From an uncultured bacterium (GTDB lineage: Bacteria > Verrucomicrobiota > Verrucomicrobiia > Limisphaerales > UBA8199), in assembly GCA_963749495.1 (NCBI GenBank), contig CAVVMW010000006.1:640001-704000 (forward strand): 64,000 nucleotides of DNA, written 5' to 3'. The notes beneath the pieces are model-generated. The model made no database searches and was not told the DNA's origin. It worked only from the letters and a program-made list of their open reading frames with translations. How positions within the stretch are numbered: the stretch's first letter is position 1; each line of letters starts with the position of its first letter. The translations under genes were made by a program, and so were the position numbers. This document shows positions 30,696-39,559 of this stretch, piece by piece.

Positions 30696-32255
30696 ATGAC
30701 GACCAGCTACTTCGGCGCGGGGGATTGGGCGGTCATAGGCTTGTATTTGCTGGGCATCATCGGATTGGGGCTGTGGTTTGGCAAGGACCAGCACAACACG
30801 CGCGACTACTTCCTGGGCAGCAAGAGCGTGCCGTGGTGGGGCATCGGCCTGTCCATTGTCGCGGCCGAGACCAGTGCGTTGACGATCATCGGGGTGCCGG
30901 CGATGGCGTATGGGGACGACATCGCCTTCGTGCAGATGGTCATCGGCTACGTCATTGCGCGCATCATTTTGGCTGTCGTCCTGGTGCCGCACTATTTCAA
31001 AGGCGAGATCTATTCCCCATACCAACTGTTTGGCAACGCGTTCGGGCCTGCCGCCCGCCAGACCGCCGCGGGCTTTTTCCTGGTGAGCGAGACGCTGGCG
31101 GCGGGGGTGCGGGTGTACGTGGCCAGCATCCCGGTGAACCTGATGCTGGGAGACAAGCTGCTGGGTTGGGGCACCGGCAACCCGATCCTCGGGGCCATCC
31201 TGTTGTTCGTGACGCTCTCGCTGGTCTATACGTGCGTGGGAGGGGTCAAGGCGGTGATCTGGACCGACGCGGTGCAGTTTGGGCTGTTTGTCCTGGGGGG
31301 CGTTTTCGCGCTCTGTTATATCCCGAGCCTGGTCGAGGGAGGCGCCAGTGCCGTGCTGGCCAAGGCGGCGGCAGCGCACAAGCTGCACTGGCTGAACCTG
31401 GCGCCAGGGCCGGGGACCTCGATGGTGAAATTCCTGCTGGGGGCGCCTTTCAATCTCTGGATGGGCGTGATTGGCGGCACGGTGCTGGTGATGTCCTCGC
31501 ACGGGGCGGAGCAGTTGATCGTCCAGCGGGTGCTCGCGTGCAAATCCGTTGCGGACGGCCGAAAGGCGCTGGCGCTGAGCGCCGTGCTCATCTTCCCGCT
31601 CTTCCTGGTCTTCCTGCTGGTGGGCGCCATGCTCTGGGTCTTTTACCAGGGCCATCCTTTCCAAATCCCCCTGCCCGAATCGCGTCCGGGCATCAAGGCC
31701 AACGATTTCATCTTTCCCATCTTCATGATGACCCAGGTCCCGCACGTGCTCAAGGGCTTCCTGATCGTCGCCATCCTCTCGGCCGCCATGTCCTCGGTCA
31801 GCTCCGCCCTGACCTCGCTGGCCTCGGTCTCCACGATGGACTTCGTCCGGCACCTCCTGCCGCAGCGCAGCCAGGCCTTCTTTCTCCGGTTCAGCAAGCT
31901 CTCGACTGTGTTGTGGGCCGGGGCGCTCATTGGGGTGGCCTATCTGGGCCGGGAGGTGGAGTTTGTGTTGAACGCGGCCTTCTCGTTGCGGGGGCTGACC
32001 AGCGGGGCATTGCTGGGGGGCTTGGGCCTGGCGGTGTTCTGGCCCAAGGGCCGCGCCACCCCGGTCGTCATCGGCATGGTGACTTCGCTGGCCGCCATGA
32101 CCGCCATCCAGGTCCTGCCCAGGCTCGCCCTCACCCGCGAGTGGTGGATGAAAACCATCGGCACCGAGGTCTTCTGGCCCTGGTACACGCTCATTGGGGC
32201 GGTGATCACGATCGGGACGGCGACAATCGCGGCAAGGCTGAAGGCTAAAGGCTAA
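30696..32255 (+). CDS. Sodium:solute symporter
   Basis: DYFLGSKSVPWWGIGLSIVAAETS, GGVKAVIWTD, SAAMSSVSS; many TM segments. Confidence 0.93.
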   Translation: MTTSYFGAGDWAVIGLYLLGIIGLGLWFGKDQHNTRDYFLGSKSVPWWGIGLSIVAAETSALTIIGVPAMAYGDDIAFVQMVIGYVIARIILAVVLVPHYFKGEIYSPYQLFGNAFGPAARQTAAGFFLVSETLAAGVRVYVASIPVNLMLGDKLLGWGTGNPILGAILLFVTLSLVYTCVGGVKAVIWTDAVQFGLFVLGGVFALCYIPSLVEGGASAVLAKAAAAHKLHWLNLAPGPGTSMVKFLLGAPFNLWMGVIGGTVLVMSSHGAEQLIVQRVLACKSVADGRKALALSAVLIFPLFLVFLLVGAMLWVFYQGHPFQIPLPESRPGIKANDFIFPIFMMTQVPHVLKGFLIVAILSAAMSSVSSALTSLASVSTMDFVRHLLPQRSQAFFLRFSKLSTVLWAGALIGVAYLGREVEFVLNAAFSLRGLTSGALLGGLGLAVFWPKGRATPVVIGMVTSLAAMTAIQVLPRLALTREWWMKTIGTEVFWPWYTLIGAVITIGTATIAARLKAKG

Positions 32256-32446
32256 GGGCTAAAAAACAGTCCACAGTCCACAGTCCACAGTCCACAGTCG
32301 GGGAGCCGAAGGCTCAGGGGCGAGGCTCGAGGGACGAATGACCAATGACGCGAGGAGTCTGCGCTCTGGATTACGCTTCGCTCGATGGTCTTTGGAGTGT
32401 GGACTGTGGACTGTGGACTGTGGACTGTTTTTTAGCCTTCAGCCTT
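32234..32446. repeat. Nested inverted heptamer arrays (aaggctr / ccacagt ... actgtgg / yagcctt)
   Basis: Direct reading; lies between two convergent genes. Confidence 0.85.
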
Positions 32447-34026
32447 TACTTCCTGAGCGCCCACTTGACCCATTCGACGATCCTTGGCGGCTGGCCGGTG
32501 CGGAGGATGCCGATGCGGAAGATGCGGCCGGCCATGAGGAGGGCGATGAGGGTCGAGGCCAACAAGAGGACAAACGTGCCGGCCAAGTCGATGAAGGGCG
32601 GGTCGGCGGTGGCGCGGTTCATCATGATGAAGGGGGTGTAGAGGGGGATCCACGACAGGACCCGGGCCAGAGCACCGTTGGGGTCCTTGGGGATGAAGGT
32701 CATCGTCATGAGGGGGACCATCATGAGCAGGGTCATGGCCGCCATGTAACTCTGGGCCTCCTTGAGGGTGTTGCAGACGCTGCCGATCGAGAGGATGAAG
32801 GCGGCATACATCAGGAAGCCGAGCAGGAAATAGACCGCAAAGAGCGGCACCAGGTTCGAGGTGCGCAAGACCAGGAAGATTTGGCCGGCGAGTTCGGAGG
32901 CGCCGCCCGATTTCCAGCTCAGGATGCCAAAGAGCGCCCCCATCCAAGCCCCGACCATGGTCAGGCCGACGGCGGCGATGCCCACGAGCTTGCCCATCAT
33001 CAATTCGTTTGGCGTCACCGAGGAGAGCAGCACCTCGATGATGCGATTGGATTTCTCCTCGATGGTGTTGCTCAGGAGCATCTGCATGATCGAGAAGATG
33101 GCCACCCAGAGCAGATAGACGAAGCCGCTGGGGGCCCATTGGCGGATGATGTCGGCCGTGCCGACGGCCTCGCGGCCCTTCTCCTTTTTGGGATTGAGAT
33201 TGGCGAAGGGGACATAGGTCTGCTCGATTTGGCGGATGGCGGCGCCATCCATGCCGCGGGCGAGGAACTCGCGGCGGCGGATCTCGGCATTGACAGCGCG
33301 CTCGACTTCTTCTCGGAGCCGCGGGTCGGAGGCGTTGGCCGACCAGTATTGAATCGGATGATTGGTCGTCGAGGAAGATGAGCGGGTGGCCGGCGCCCGG
33401 TTTTGGGGACGAACGACCTGGTCTTGGATGTCGCCGGGGATGAGGATGGCGGCGGCCAATGGGACGCTTGTGCCGCCGGCATCGATGAGTCTCTCGTTGC
33501 GCAAGCAGGGCTTGAGGGCTTCGGCAATCGAGGCGGGGTCGGCATCGGCCTTGATGCCCGGGGGGAGCGGGACCTGCTGAAAGGGGCGGCGCGGCTCCTG
33601 GAAGGGCGGGGCGCCGGGCCGCAGCCTGGGCCGGAGCTGGGCCAGAAAGAAATCCGCGCCGCCCTTGGCGATGAAGTCCTCCAGGGATTGGGCGTCGCCC
33701 TCGTTGAGGTCATCCAGCGGCGAGGCGGCGCGCGCAGCGGCCGGGTCTGCGGGGGGCGCCAGGTTTTTCCGGGCGTAGTCCTTGAGGGCTGCCAGCACCT
33801 GGCGCTGGTGCGACTTGTCCAGGGCGGCCTGCACGGCCGGCGCCAGGTTGCCCGAAGGGTCCACCAGGACAAAATAGCGGATCGGCGTGGCCCTTTGTTC
33901 GAGCAGGATGGGCACCTGGATCGAGAGAAAGATGATGACCGGAAACAGGAACAGGCCCAGCCAGAAGCCGCGGGTCTTGGCGTTCTCGGCATACTCCCGC
34001 CAGGCTACCAACAATGCGTTTCTCAT
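32446..34026 (-). CDS. ABC transporter permease (NatB/YhaP-like)
   Basis: MRNALLVAWREY, IEEKSNRIIEVLLSS, GKLVG. Confidence 0.9.
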   Translation of the reverse strand: MRNALLVAWREYAENAKTRGFWLGLFLFPVIIFLSIQVPILLEQRATPIRYFVLVDPSGNLAPAVQAALDKSHQRQVLAALKDYARKNLAPPADPAAARAASPLDDLNEGDAQSLEDFIAKGGADFFLAQLRPRLRPGAPPFQEPRRPFQQVPLPPGIKADADPASIAEALKPCLRNERLIDAGGTSVPLAAAILIPGDIQDQVVRPQNRAPATRSSSSTTNHPIQYWSANASDPRLREEVERAVNAEIRRREFLARGMDGAAIRQIEQTYVPFANLNPKKEKGREAVGTADIIRQWAPSGFVYLLWVAIFSIMQMLLSNTIEEKSNRIIEVLLSSVTPNELMMGKLVGIAAVGLTMVGAWMGALFGILSWKSGGASELAGQIFLVLRTSNLVPLFAVYFLLGFLMYAAFILSIGSVCNTLKEAQSYMAAMTLLMMVPLMTMTFIPKDPNGALARVLSWIPLYTPFIMMNRATADPPFIDLAGTFVLLLASTLIALLMAGRIFRIGILRTGQPPRIVEWVKWALRK

Positions 34027-35015
34027 CGGGACAGCACCTCCTTGGCGTCCGGGCCCACCAGGTGTATGAAGACCTCGTGCAAGGTCGGCTGGGATTGGTT
34101 GAAGCTCTTGAGGCGGATGCGCCGGCCGAAGCAGGTCTGGAGGATCACTTGCGGGTCGGAGTTCTCGCGCAACTCCACTTCCCAACAGGTCGAGGCCGGG
34201 GGACCGGCCTGGGCCCGGGCCTGGCCGTTGGCCGGCAGCGCACGCACCGTGCTGACCTCCGCCAGGTCGCGCAACGGGCCGATATCGTCCTCGGTCTCCA
34301 GCCGCACGCGGCGCGGCACCGTCCGCCTGGCCTCCGCCAACGAGCCGTCGAAGATCAGCCGGCCCCGGGCGATGAGCAGGATGCGTTCACACAACCGCTC
34401 GGCGTGCTCCATGACGTGGGTCGAAAAGAGGACGGTGCGCTTGCGGCCCGCCATCTCGCGGATGAGGCCCTCCATAACCTGTTGATTGACCGGGTCCAGC
34501 CCGGCGAAGGGTTCGTCCAGGATAACCAATTCAGGGTTGTGGGCCAGCGCCGCCAGTATCTGCACCTTCTGGCTCATCCCTTTGGAGAGCGCGTCGGTCG
34601 GTTTCTCGGCGAAGTCCTTGAGGCCAAACCGTTCCAGCAACTGGAAGGCGGCCTGTTTGGCGGCCTGGCGGCTCAGGCCCTTGAGGGTGGCGAAGTAGGC
34701 GATGATGGCCCAGGCCTTCATCTTTTTGTAGAGGCCCTTTTCCTCGGGCAGGTAACCCAGGCGATGGCGCACCTCCAGCGCCGAGGGCCTGCCCAGGACC
34801 GTGATGGTGCCGCTGCTCGGCTTGAGGATGTCGAGGATCATCCGCAGGGTCGTCGTCTTGCCCGCCCCGTTCGGGCCCAGGAAACCGCAGATCGAACCGG
34901 GCGCCAGGCTGAAGCTGACCTCATCGACGGCCTTGAAGCCGCCAAAGAACTTGGTGACCCTGCGCAATTCGAGCACGGCGCCAGGCGGGATTCGATTCAA
35001 GTCAGGTTCGCTCAC
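34023..35015 (-). CDS. ABC transporter ATP-binding protein
   Basis: GPNGAGKTT, LSKGM, ILDEPFAGLDP. Confidence 0.95.
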   Translation of the reverse strand: MSEPDLNRIPPGAVLELRRVTKFFGGFKAVDEVSFSLAPGSICGFLGPNGAGKTTTLRMILDILKPSSGTITVLGRPSALEVRHRLGYLPEEKGLYKKMKAWAIIAYFATLKGLSRQAAKQAAFQLLERFGLKDFAEKPTDALSKGMSQKVQILAALAHNPELVILDEPFAGLDPVNQQVMEGLIREMAGRKRTVLFSTHVMEHAERLCERILLIARGRLIFDGSLAEARRTVPRRVRLETEDDIGPLRDLAEVSTVRALPANGQARAQAGPPASTCWEVELRENSDPQVILQTCFGRRIRLKSFNQSQPTLHEVFIHLVGPDAKEVLSR

Positions 35016-35024
35016 AGTTGAGGT

Positions 35025-36779
35025 TCATCCGATGACGACCAGGTGCATGGACTCGGGCAGGCTGGCGGCGACGCGGGCGACGACGTTGCCCTTGAGGAGG
35101 TTGACCAGGGCGGCGCGCCGGCTGCCGCCCAGGACCACGGTGTCCACTCCGAACGTGGCCGCGATATCGATGATGGTGTCGGCCGGCGAATCGCTGATGC
35201 TGTAGAGCTTGTTGACGTGCAGGCCCTCGCTCTCGGATTCGAGCCGGGTGAAGAGGGTCCGCGCCTGGGGGTCGTCCTTCCAGTTGCCGGCCATGTCGAT
35301 CGTGACCGCCACCTCGCGGATGTAGAGGACCAGCAGTTGGGCGTCGCGCACCCGCGTCTCATCCAGGGCGAACTGCAGCGCCGGGGTCCAACCGCGCGCG
35401 GCGACCAGGAGCGACTGGCCGAGGAATTCCGGATGGGAACGGGCGGAGGCGGGCCATGCGGCGGCGCCGTGGTTGGCGGCCGGCATGGCGGCCGGGGCGA
35501 GCGTGCGGCGGCGCAACGTCGCTTCGCGCAGGGCCAGCCCCACGGCCAGGACAATGAGGACGAACAGCAGGGCCTCCCGCTTGCTCCAGGCTATCGTCAA
35601 CCAGATCGCCACCAGCAGAAAGAAGGTGCCCTTCATCGTCAGCCGCTGGTGGCCCTTGAGGTCAATCTGCCGGGCAAACGCGCAGGACCCCAGGTTGATG
35701 GCGATGGCGCCCACCACCCCGATGGCGTAGAGCGAGGAGAGGCTCTCGACCGACTCGCTCAGGTTGAGCACCAGCACGGGCAGGATGGTGGCGACGATGA
35801 GCGCCACCCACGGCACCCCGAAACGGTTGAGCTGGATGAACGGGTCGGGCAACTCCCCGTCATGGGCCATCACGTAGAGCAAGGCCACCATGCCGGTCAG
35901 GGCCGTGTTGACCGCCGAGATGAGCAGCAGGCCAAAGACCCAGCCCACCAGCAGCCCGAACCTGGGCCCGATGAACTGCTCGCCCATGTAGCGCAGCATA
36001 TCGTTCTCGTGCGTCAGCGCCGCCACCGGCAGGCACATCGCCAGGACGCTCAGCAGGGCCGTGCCGATGACCACGTCCAGCATCACCGCGATGATCGCCC
36101 GCCGGGCCGCGATGCGCACCGAGGGATGCTCGAGCGTCGCGTTCGGATCCAATTGCATCACCCCGGTGCCGCTGGCCGCCACCTCGACGCCCGACAAGGC
36201 CAGGATCATGTCCACGAACTTCGTCCAATTGTGCGGCAGGCCCCCCTTGGCCATCTCGACGTGTACCTGGCTGATGTGCGGCATCCCGCTCGCGACGAGC
36301 GTGATGACCACCAGCACCGTCGGCACCGCCAGCCAGATCGCAATGCCCCCGGTGTGTTTTGGACCCAGGAAATTGACCGCCCCGATGATGAAAATGGTCG
36401 TGATTGCCCACTCCTTGGCCTGGATCGGGTTCGCAATGCCCAGGTAATGGAAGGCGTCCAGGCAACTCAGGGCCGCCGTGACGATGAAATCCGCCAGCAA
36501 CAACAGTCCGCCTATGGCGGCCAGGCGCCTGGAGTGCAGCCCGGCGGCCGTATAGACGCCGCCCCCGTTGGGAAAATGCCCGCAGACCCAGATGTAATTG
36601 ACCCCCACCAGCCCCGTCACCAGCGTGACCGCCAGCAAGTGCGGCAGCGCCGCATAGCCCACCGCCGCCACCCCCAAACCGATGACGTAGGCCTTGCTCG
36701 TGCCCCAGTCGCCATACAGCAACGCAGCCGCTCGGACCCAACCCACGTTCCGGGGCCGACCTACGGTACTGATTTCCAT
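35025..36779 (-). CDS. APC-family permease with C-terminal universal stress protein domain
   Basis: YGDWGTSKAY, PNGGGVY, many TM segments; SPADTIIDIAATFGVDTVVLGGS. Confidence 0.85.
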   Translation of the reverse strand: MEISTVGRPRNVGWVRAAALLYGDWGTSKAYVIGLGVAAVGYAALPHLLAVTLVTGLVGVNYIWVCGHFPNGGGVYTAAGLHSRRLAAIGGLLLLADFIVTAALSCLDAFHYLGIANPIQAKEWAITTIFIIGAVNFLGPKHTGGIAIWLAVPTVLVVITLVASGMPHISQVHVEMAKGGLPHNWTKFVDMILALSGVEVAASGTGVMQLDPNATLEHPSVRIAARRAIIAVMLDVVIGTALLSVLAMCLPVAALTHENDMLRYMGEQFIGPRFGLLVGWVFGLLLISAVNTALTGMVALLYVMAHDGELPDPFIQLNRFGVPWVALIVATILPVLVLNLSESVESLSSLYAIGVVGAIAINLGSCAFARQIDLKGHQRLTMKGTFFLLVAIWLTIAWSKREALLFVLIVLAVGLALREATLRRRTLAPAAMPAANHGAAAWPASARSHPEFLGQSLLVAARGWTPALQFALDETRVRDAQLLVLYIREVAVTIDMAGNWKDDPQARTLFTRLESESEGLHVNKLYSISDSPADTIIDIAATFGVDTVVLGGSRRAALVNLLKGNVVARVAASLPESMHLVVIG

Positions 36780-36906
36780 AGGGCCTGCTTACCGCCGCTC
36801 TAAATCGGAACTCACGACGCACTTCAATACCATCTATTGCGCAAGTTACAAGCTTGATCGCCCACCCCATCGGTATAGCCTGCAGGTGACCGAGGCCCTC
36901 ATTTCC

Positions 36907-37280
36907 CGGCCCAAAGGGCCGCCAGAGCCTAGCCCAGGGCTGAGGCCGTCAGGCCGATGCCCTGGGTAAAGGGTCCGCGAAATCACCCGCGCCCTGACAG
37001 GGCGCCAGAAGCCAAAGCTCATGCCGCAATCGCTCGCCAAAATCTACACCCACCTGATCTTCTCTACGAAGCACCGGGAACGTTGGCTCACCAATGATAT
37101 CCGCGTGGACCTGCACGCCTGCCTTGGCGGTACGCTCAACGGATTGGCTTGCACACCGATCGTCCGGGATTGAGGACTCTGGCGCCCCTCCAGGGCGCAG
37201 GCTCCGGCTCCGGGGCGGAACCCAGGGCATCGGCCTGGCGGCCTCAGCCCTGGGCTAGGCTCTGCCGGCCCTTTGGGCCG
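36907..37280 (+). mobile_element. REP-flanked IS200-like tnpA remnant
   Basis: MPQSLAKIYTHLIFSTKHRE...* at 37021-37173, between inverted agcctagcccagggctgaggcc palindromes. Confidence 0.85.
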
Positions 37281-37327
37281 CGATGCTCCGCAGTTGCTTT
37301 TTGGCCATTCTCTGCTAATGGATCGCC

Positions 37328-38170
37328 GTGACTGAGCCGAGTCTCCTGCTCCTCATCCCGGCCTACAATGAAGAGCGCCGCATCGAACCGGTGCTGCGGG
37401 ATTATGCCCGCTTCTTTCAGGAGAATTACCGGGGCAAGTTCCAGTTGGTGGTGGTGCTCAACGGCTGCCGGGACAATACCCGGGGCGTCGTGGAACGGGT
37501 GGCCGCCGAGTACCCCGCCATCGGCTTTCGGGAATTCCTCGAGCCGATCGGCAAGGGGGGCGCACTCATCGAGGGGCTCAAGCTGGCCCCGCTGGCGGAC
37601 CTCATCGGTTACGTGGATGCGGACGGCGCCACGCCGCCTCGGGCCTTTCACGACTTGGTGGTGCGCAGCGGCGAGGCCGATTGCGTCATCGGCTCGCGCT
37701 GGCTGCCCGGGGCGGTGCTGCACGTCGAGCAAAGCAGCAAGCGGCAATTTGCAAGCCGGGTCTTTCACGTCATAGTCGAGTGGCTCTTCCACATGCACAT
37801 CCGGGACACGCAATGCGGAGCCAAAGTGATGCGCCGGCAGGCCATCGAGACCATCCACTCCGCCCTGCGCATCGCGGACATGGCGTTCGACATCAACCTG
37901 CTCTACTCGCTGAAGCACGCCGGCTACACGGTCCTGGAGGTGCCCACGGAATGGACGGACAAGTTCGGCTCGAAGGTGAAGCTCTTCCGGACATCGCTGG
38001 CCATGTTTCTTTCGGTGGTGCGCATTCGGCTGATTTATTGGCCCAGGATTTACAAATGGCTGCGGCCGTTGCGGCCGCTCGAGGGGTGGGTGTACCAGAA
38101 ACTGCTGCGGGCGCCCCAACCGCTGCCGGGGCCCGACAGGCGCGGGGAGGCTCAGGAGCCTGAAGGGTGA
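37328..38170 (+). CDS. Glycosyltransferase family 2 (dolichyl-phosphate glucosyltransferase-like)
   Basis: IPAYNEE, GKGGA, DADG, DTQCGAK. Confidence 0.92.
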   Translation: MTEPSLLLLIPAYNEERRIEPVLRDYARFFQENYRGKFQLVVVLNGCRDNTRGVVERVAAEYPAIGFREFLEPIGKGGALIEGLKLAPLADLIGYVDADGATPPRAFHDLVVRSGEADCVIGSRWLPGAVLHVEQSSKRQFASRVFHVIVEWLFHMHIRDTQCGAKVMRRQAIETIHSALRIADMAFDINLLYSLKHAGYTVLEVPTEWTDKFGSKVKLFRTSLAMFLSVVRIRLIYWPRIYKWLRPLRPLEGWVYQKLLRAPQPLPGPDRRGEAQEPEG

Positions 38171-38244
38171 CGAGCCTCCCCACCGCCGCAGTGCAAAACG
38201 CTTCGCGATTGCCGCCGCGCGTCCAAATCCGGGGGCCAGGGCTG

Positions 38245-39555
38245 CTACGTCAAGGCTGCGGGCGCGGGCGACGAGGACGCGGCATCGCCCGTGTTATCGG
38301 TCCAGGTGAACCAGGCGCCCAGGGCCAGGAGCACGAGGTTGCAGAGGCCGACGACTTGGAGGACCATGACGAGCCTCGCGTCGAGGACTTGGCGGACCAT
38401 GATGAGCCTCGCGTGGGAACAGACCCAGACCAGGCCGAAGACGTAGCCCATGGCCAGGACACAGAGCCACGGGACGATGCGGAAGGCGGAGCGGGCAAAC
38501 AGGGCGCTGACCAGCACATTGGCCAGGCACAAGGGGACCATGGCGGCGGCGTACCAGGGCAGCAACAAGGAGGCGGCCGCGACGTACTTCTGGCCGTTGA
38601 CGATTTGGACGACAATGGGCCCGAGGACGGACAGGCCAAGCACGCCGAGGATCGACAAGAGCGTCGTGCCGGCGAGGACCAGGCCCAGGAGATTGCTCTT
38701 TTCGCCCCGGACACTGGTGTGAACCAGGCGCGGGAACATGACGGTGGCCAGCGGGACGACGACCCACATCAAGGCGCGCGAGAGGGTGCCGGCGCTCCCA
38801 TAGAAGTTGACCTGGTTTTCGGGGAAATAGGCCTTGACGAATAGCGTGTCCCCCGTGAACAGGAACTGGACGACGGCGGAGCCGATCACTAGAGGCAGGA
38901 CTTGGCGGCCGAGGCCGCTCCAATCCAAAGGCCGAGCAGGGGCAAGCCAGAGCGAACGGGTCTGCCAGATCGCGATGAGGACGGCGAACACGGTCCCGAA
39001 CAGGACCCCAACCATCATGCCCGCTGCCAAGCCGCCGAAGATCATCACCGCCAGGGTGGCGACGCCCAGCCGGCCGATGCCGTTGCTCATGACGCTCCAG
39101 CCCAGCCATAAGAAATCCTGTTTCCCCTGTAAGACGCCCTGAAACAAGGGCAGCCAGAGCGCAAAGAGCAGAACCAGCACGGTGATCCAGAGCCCGGAGT
39201 GGTTGGTGACCTTGAAGCGAGCCATGATCGGGTCTCGCAAGACCCAGACGACCGCCACGCCCATCAGCCACAACAGGAAGGTCCCCAGCCATACCCTGCG
39301 GGTCATGCCGGCCAGCTCGGCTTGCTTGTTCGTCGCCAGGGCCTTGGCCGTCTGCTGGGCCATGACCATTTGCAAGGGAGCCACGGGAATGCTCATGACC
39401 AGGGCCAGGTAAGCGACGAACAGGCCGTATTCGCCGGGGCGGGTCCTGTGGGACAGGAAATGGACGGCCCACATCAAGGCGCCACTGGCCACCGTGGCCA
39501 GCATCAGCCAGCCGCTATGGCGGAAGAACGTGGCGCGGTGCTCCGCTTCGGTCAT
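38245..39555 (-). CDS. Oligosaccharide flippase (Wzx/MATE-like)
   Basis: MTEAEHRATFFRHSGWLM; about 12 TM segments; VMFPRL. Confidence 0.8.
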   Translation of the reverse strand: MTEAEHRATFFRHSGWLMLATVASGALMWAVHFLSHRTRPGEYGLFVAYLALVMSIPVAPLQMVMAQQTAKALATNKQAELAGMTRRVWLGTFLLWLMGVAVVWVLRDPIMARFKVTNHSGLWITVLVLLFALWLPLFQGVLQGKQDFLWLGWSVMSNGIGRLGVATLAVMIFGGLAAGMMVGVLFGTVFAVLIAIWQTRSLWLAPARPLDWSGLGRQVLPLVIGSAVVQFLFTGDTLFVKAYFPENQVNFYGSAGTLSRALMWVVVPLATVMFPRLVHTSVRGEKSNLLGLVLAGTTLLSILGVLGLSVLGPIVVQIVNGQKYVAAASLLLPWYAAAMVPLCLANVLVSALFARSAFRIVPWLCVLAMGYVFGLVWVCSHARLIMVRQVLDARLVMVLQVVGLCNLVLLALGAWFTWTDNTGDAASSSPAPAALT

Positions 39556-39559
39556 AGGC

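Noticed and set aside
38350..38414. 33-bp duplication in the flippase (ARLIMVRQVLD / ARLVMVLQVVG)
   Set aside because: Real but diverged and in frame; no sign of wider significance.
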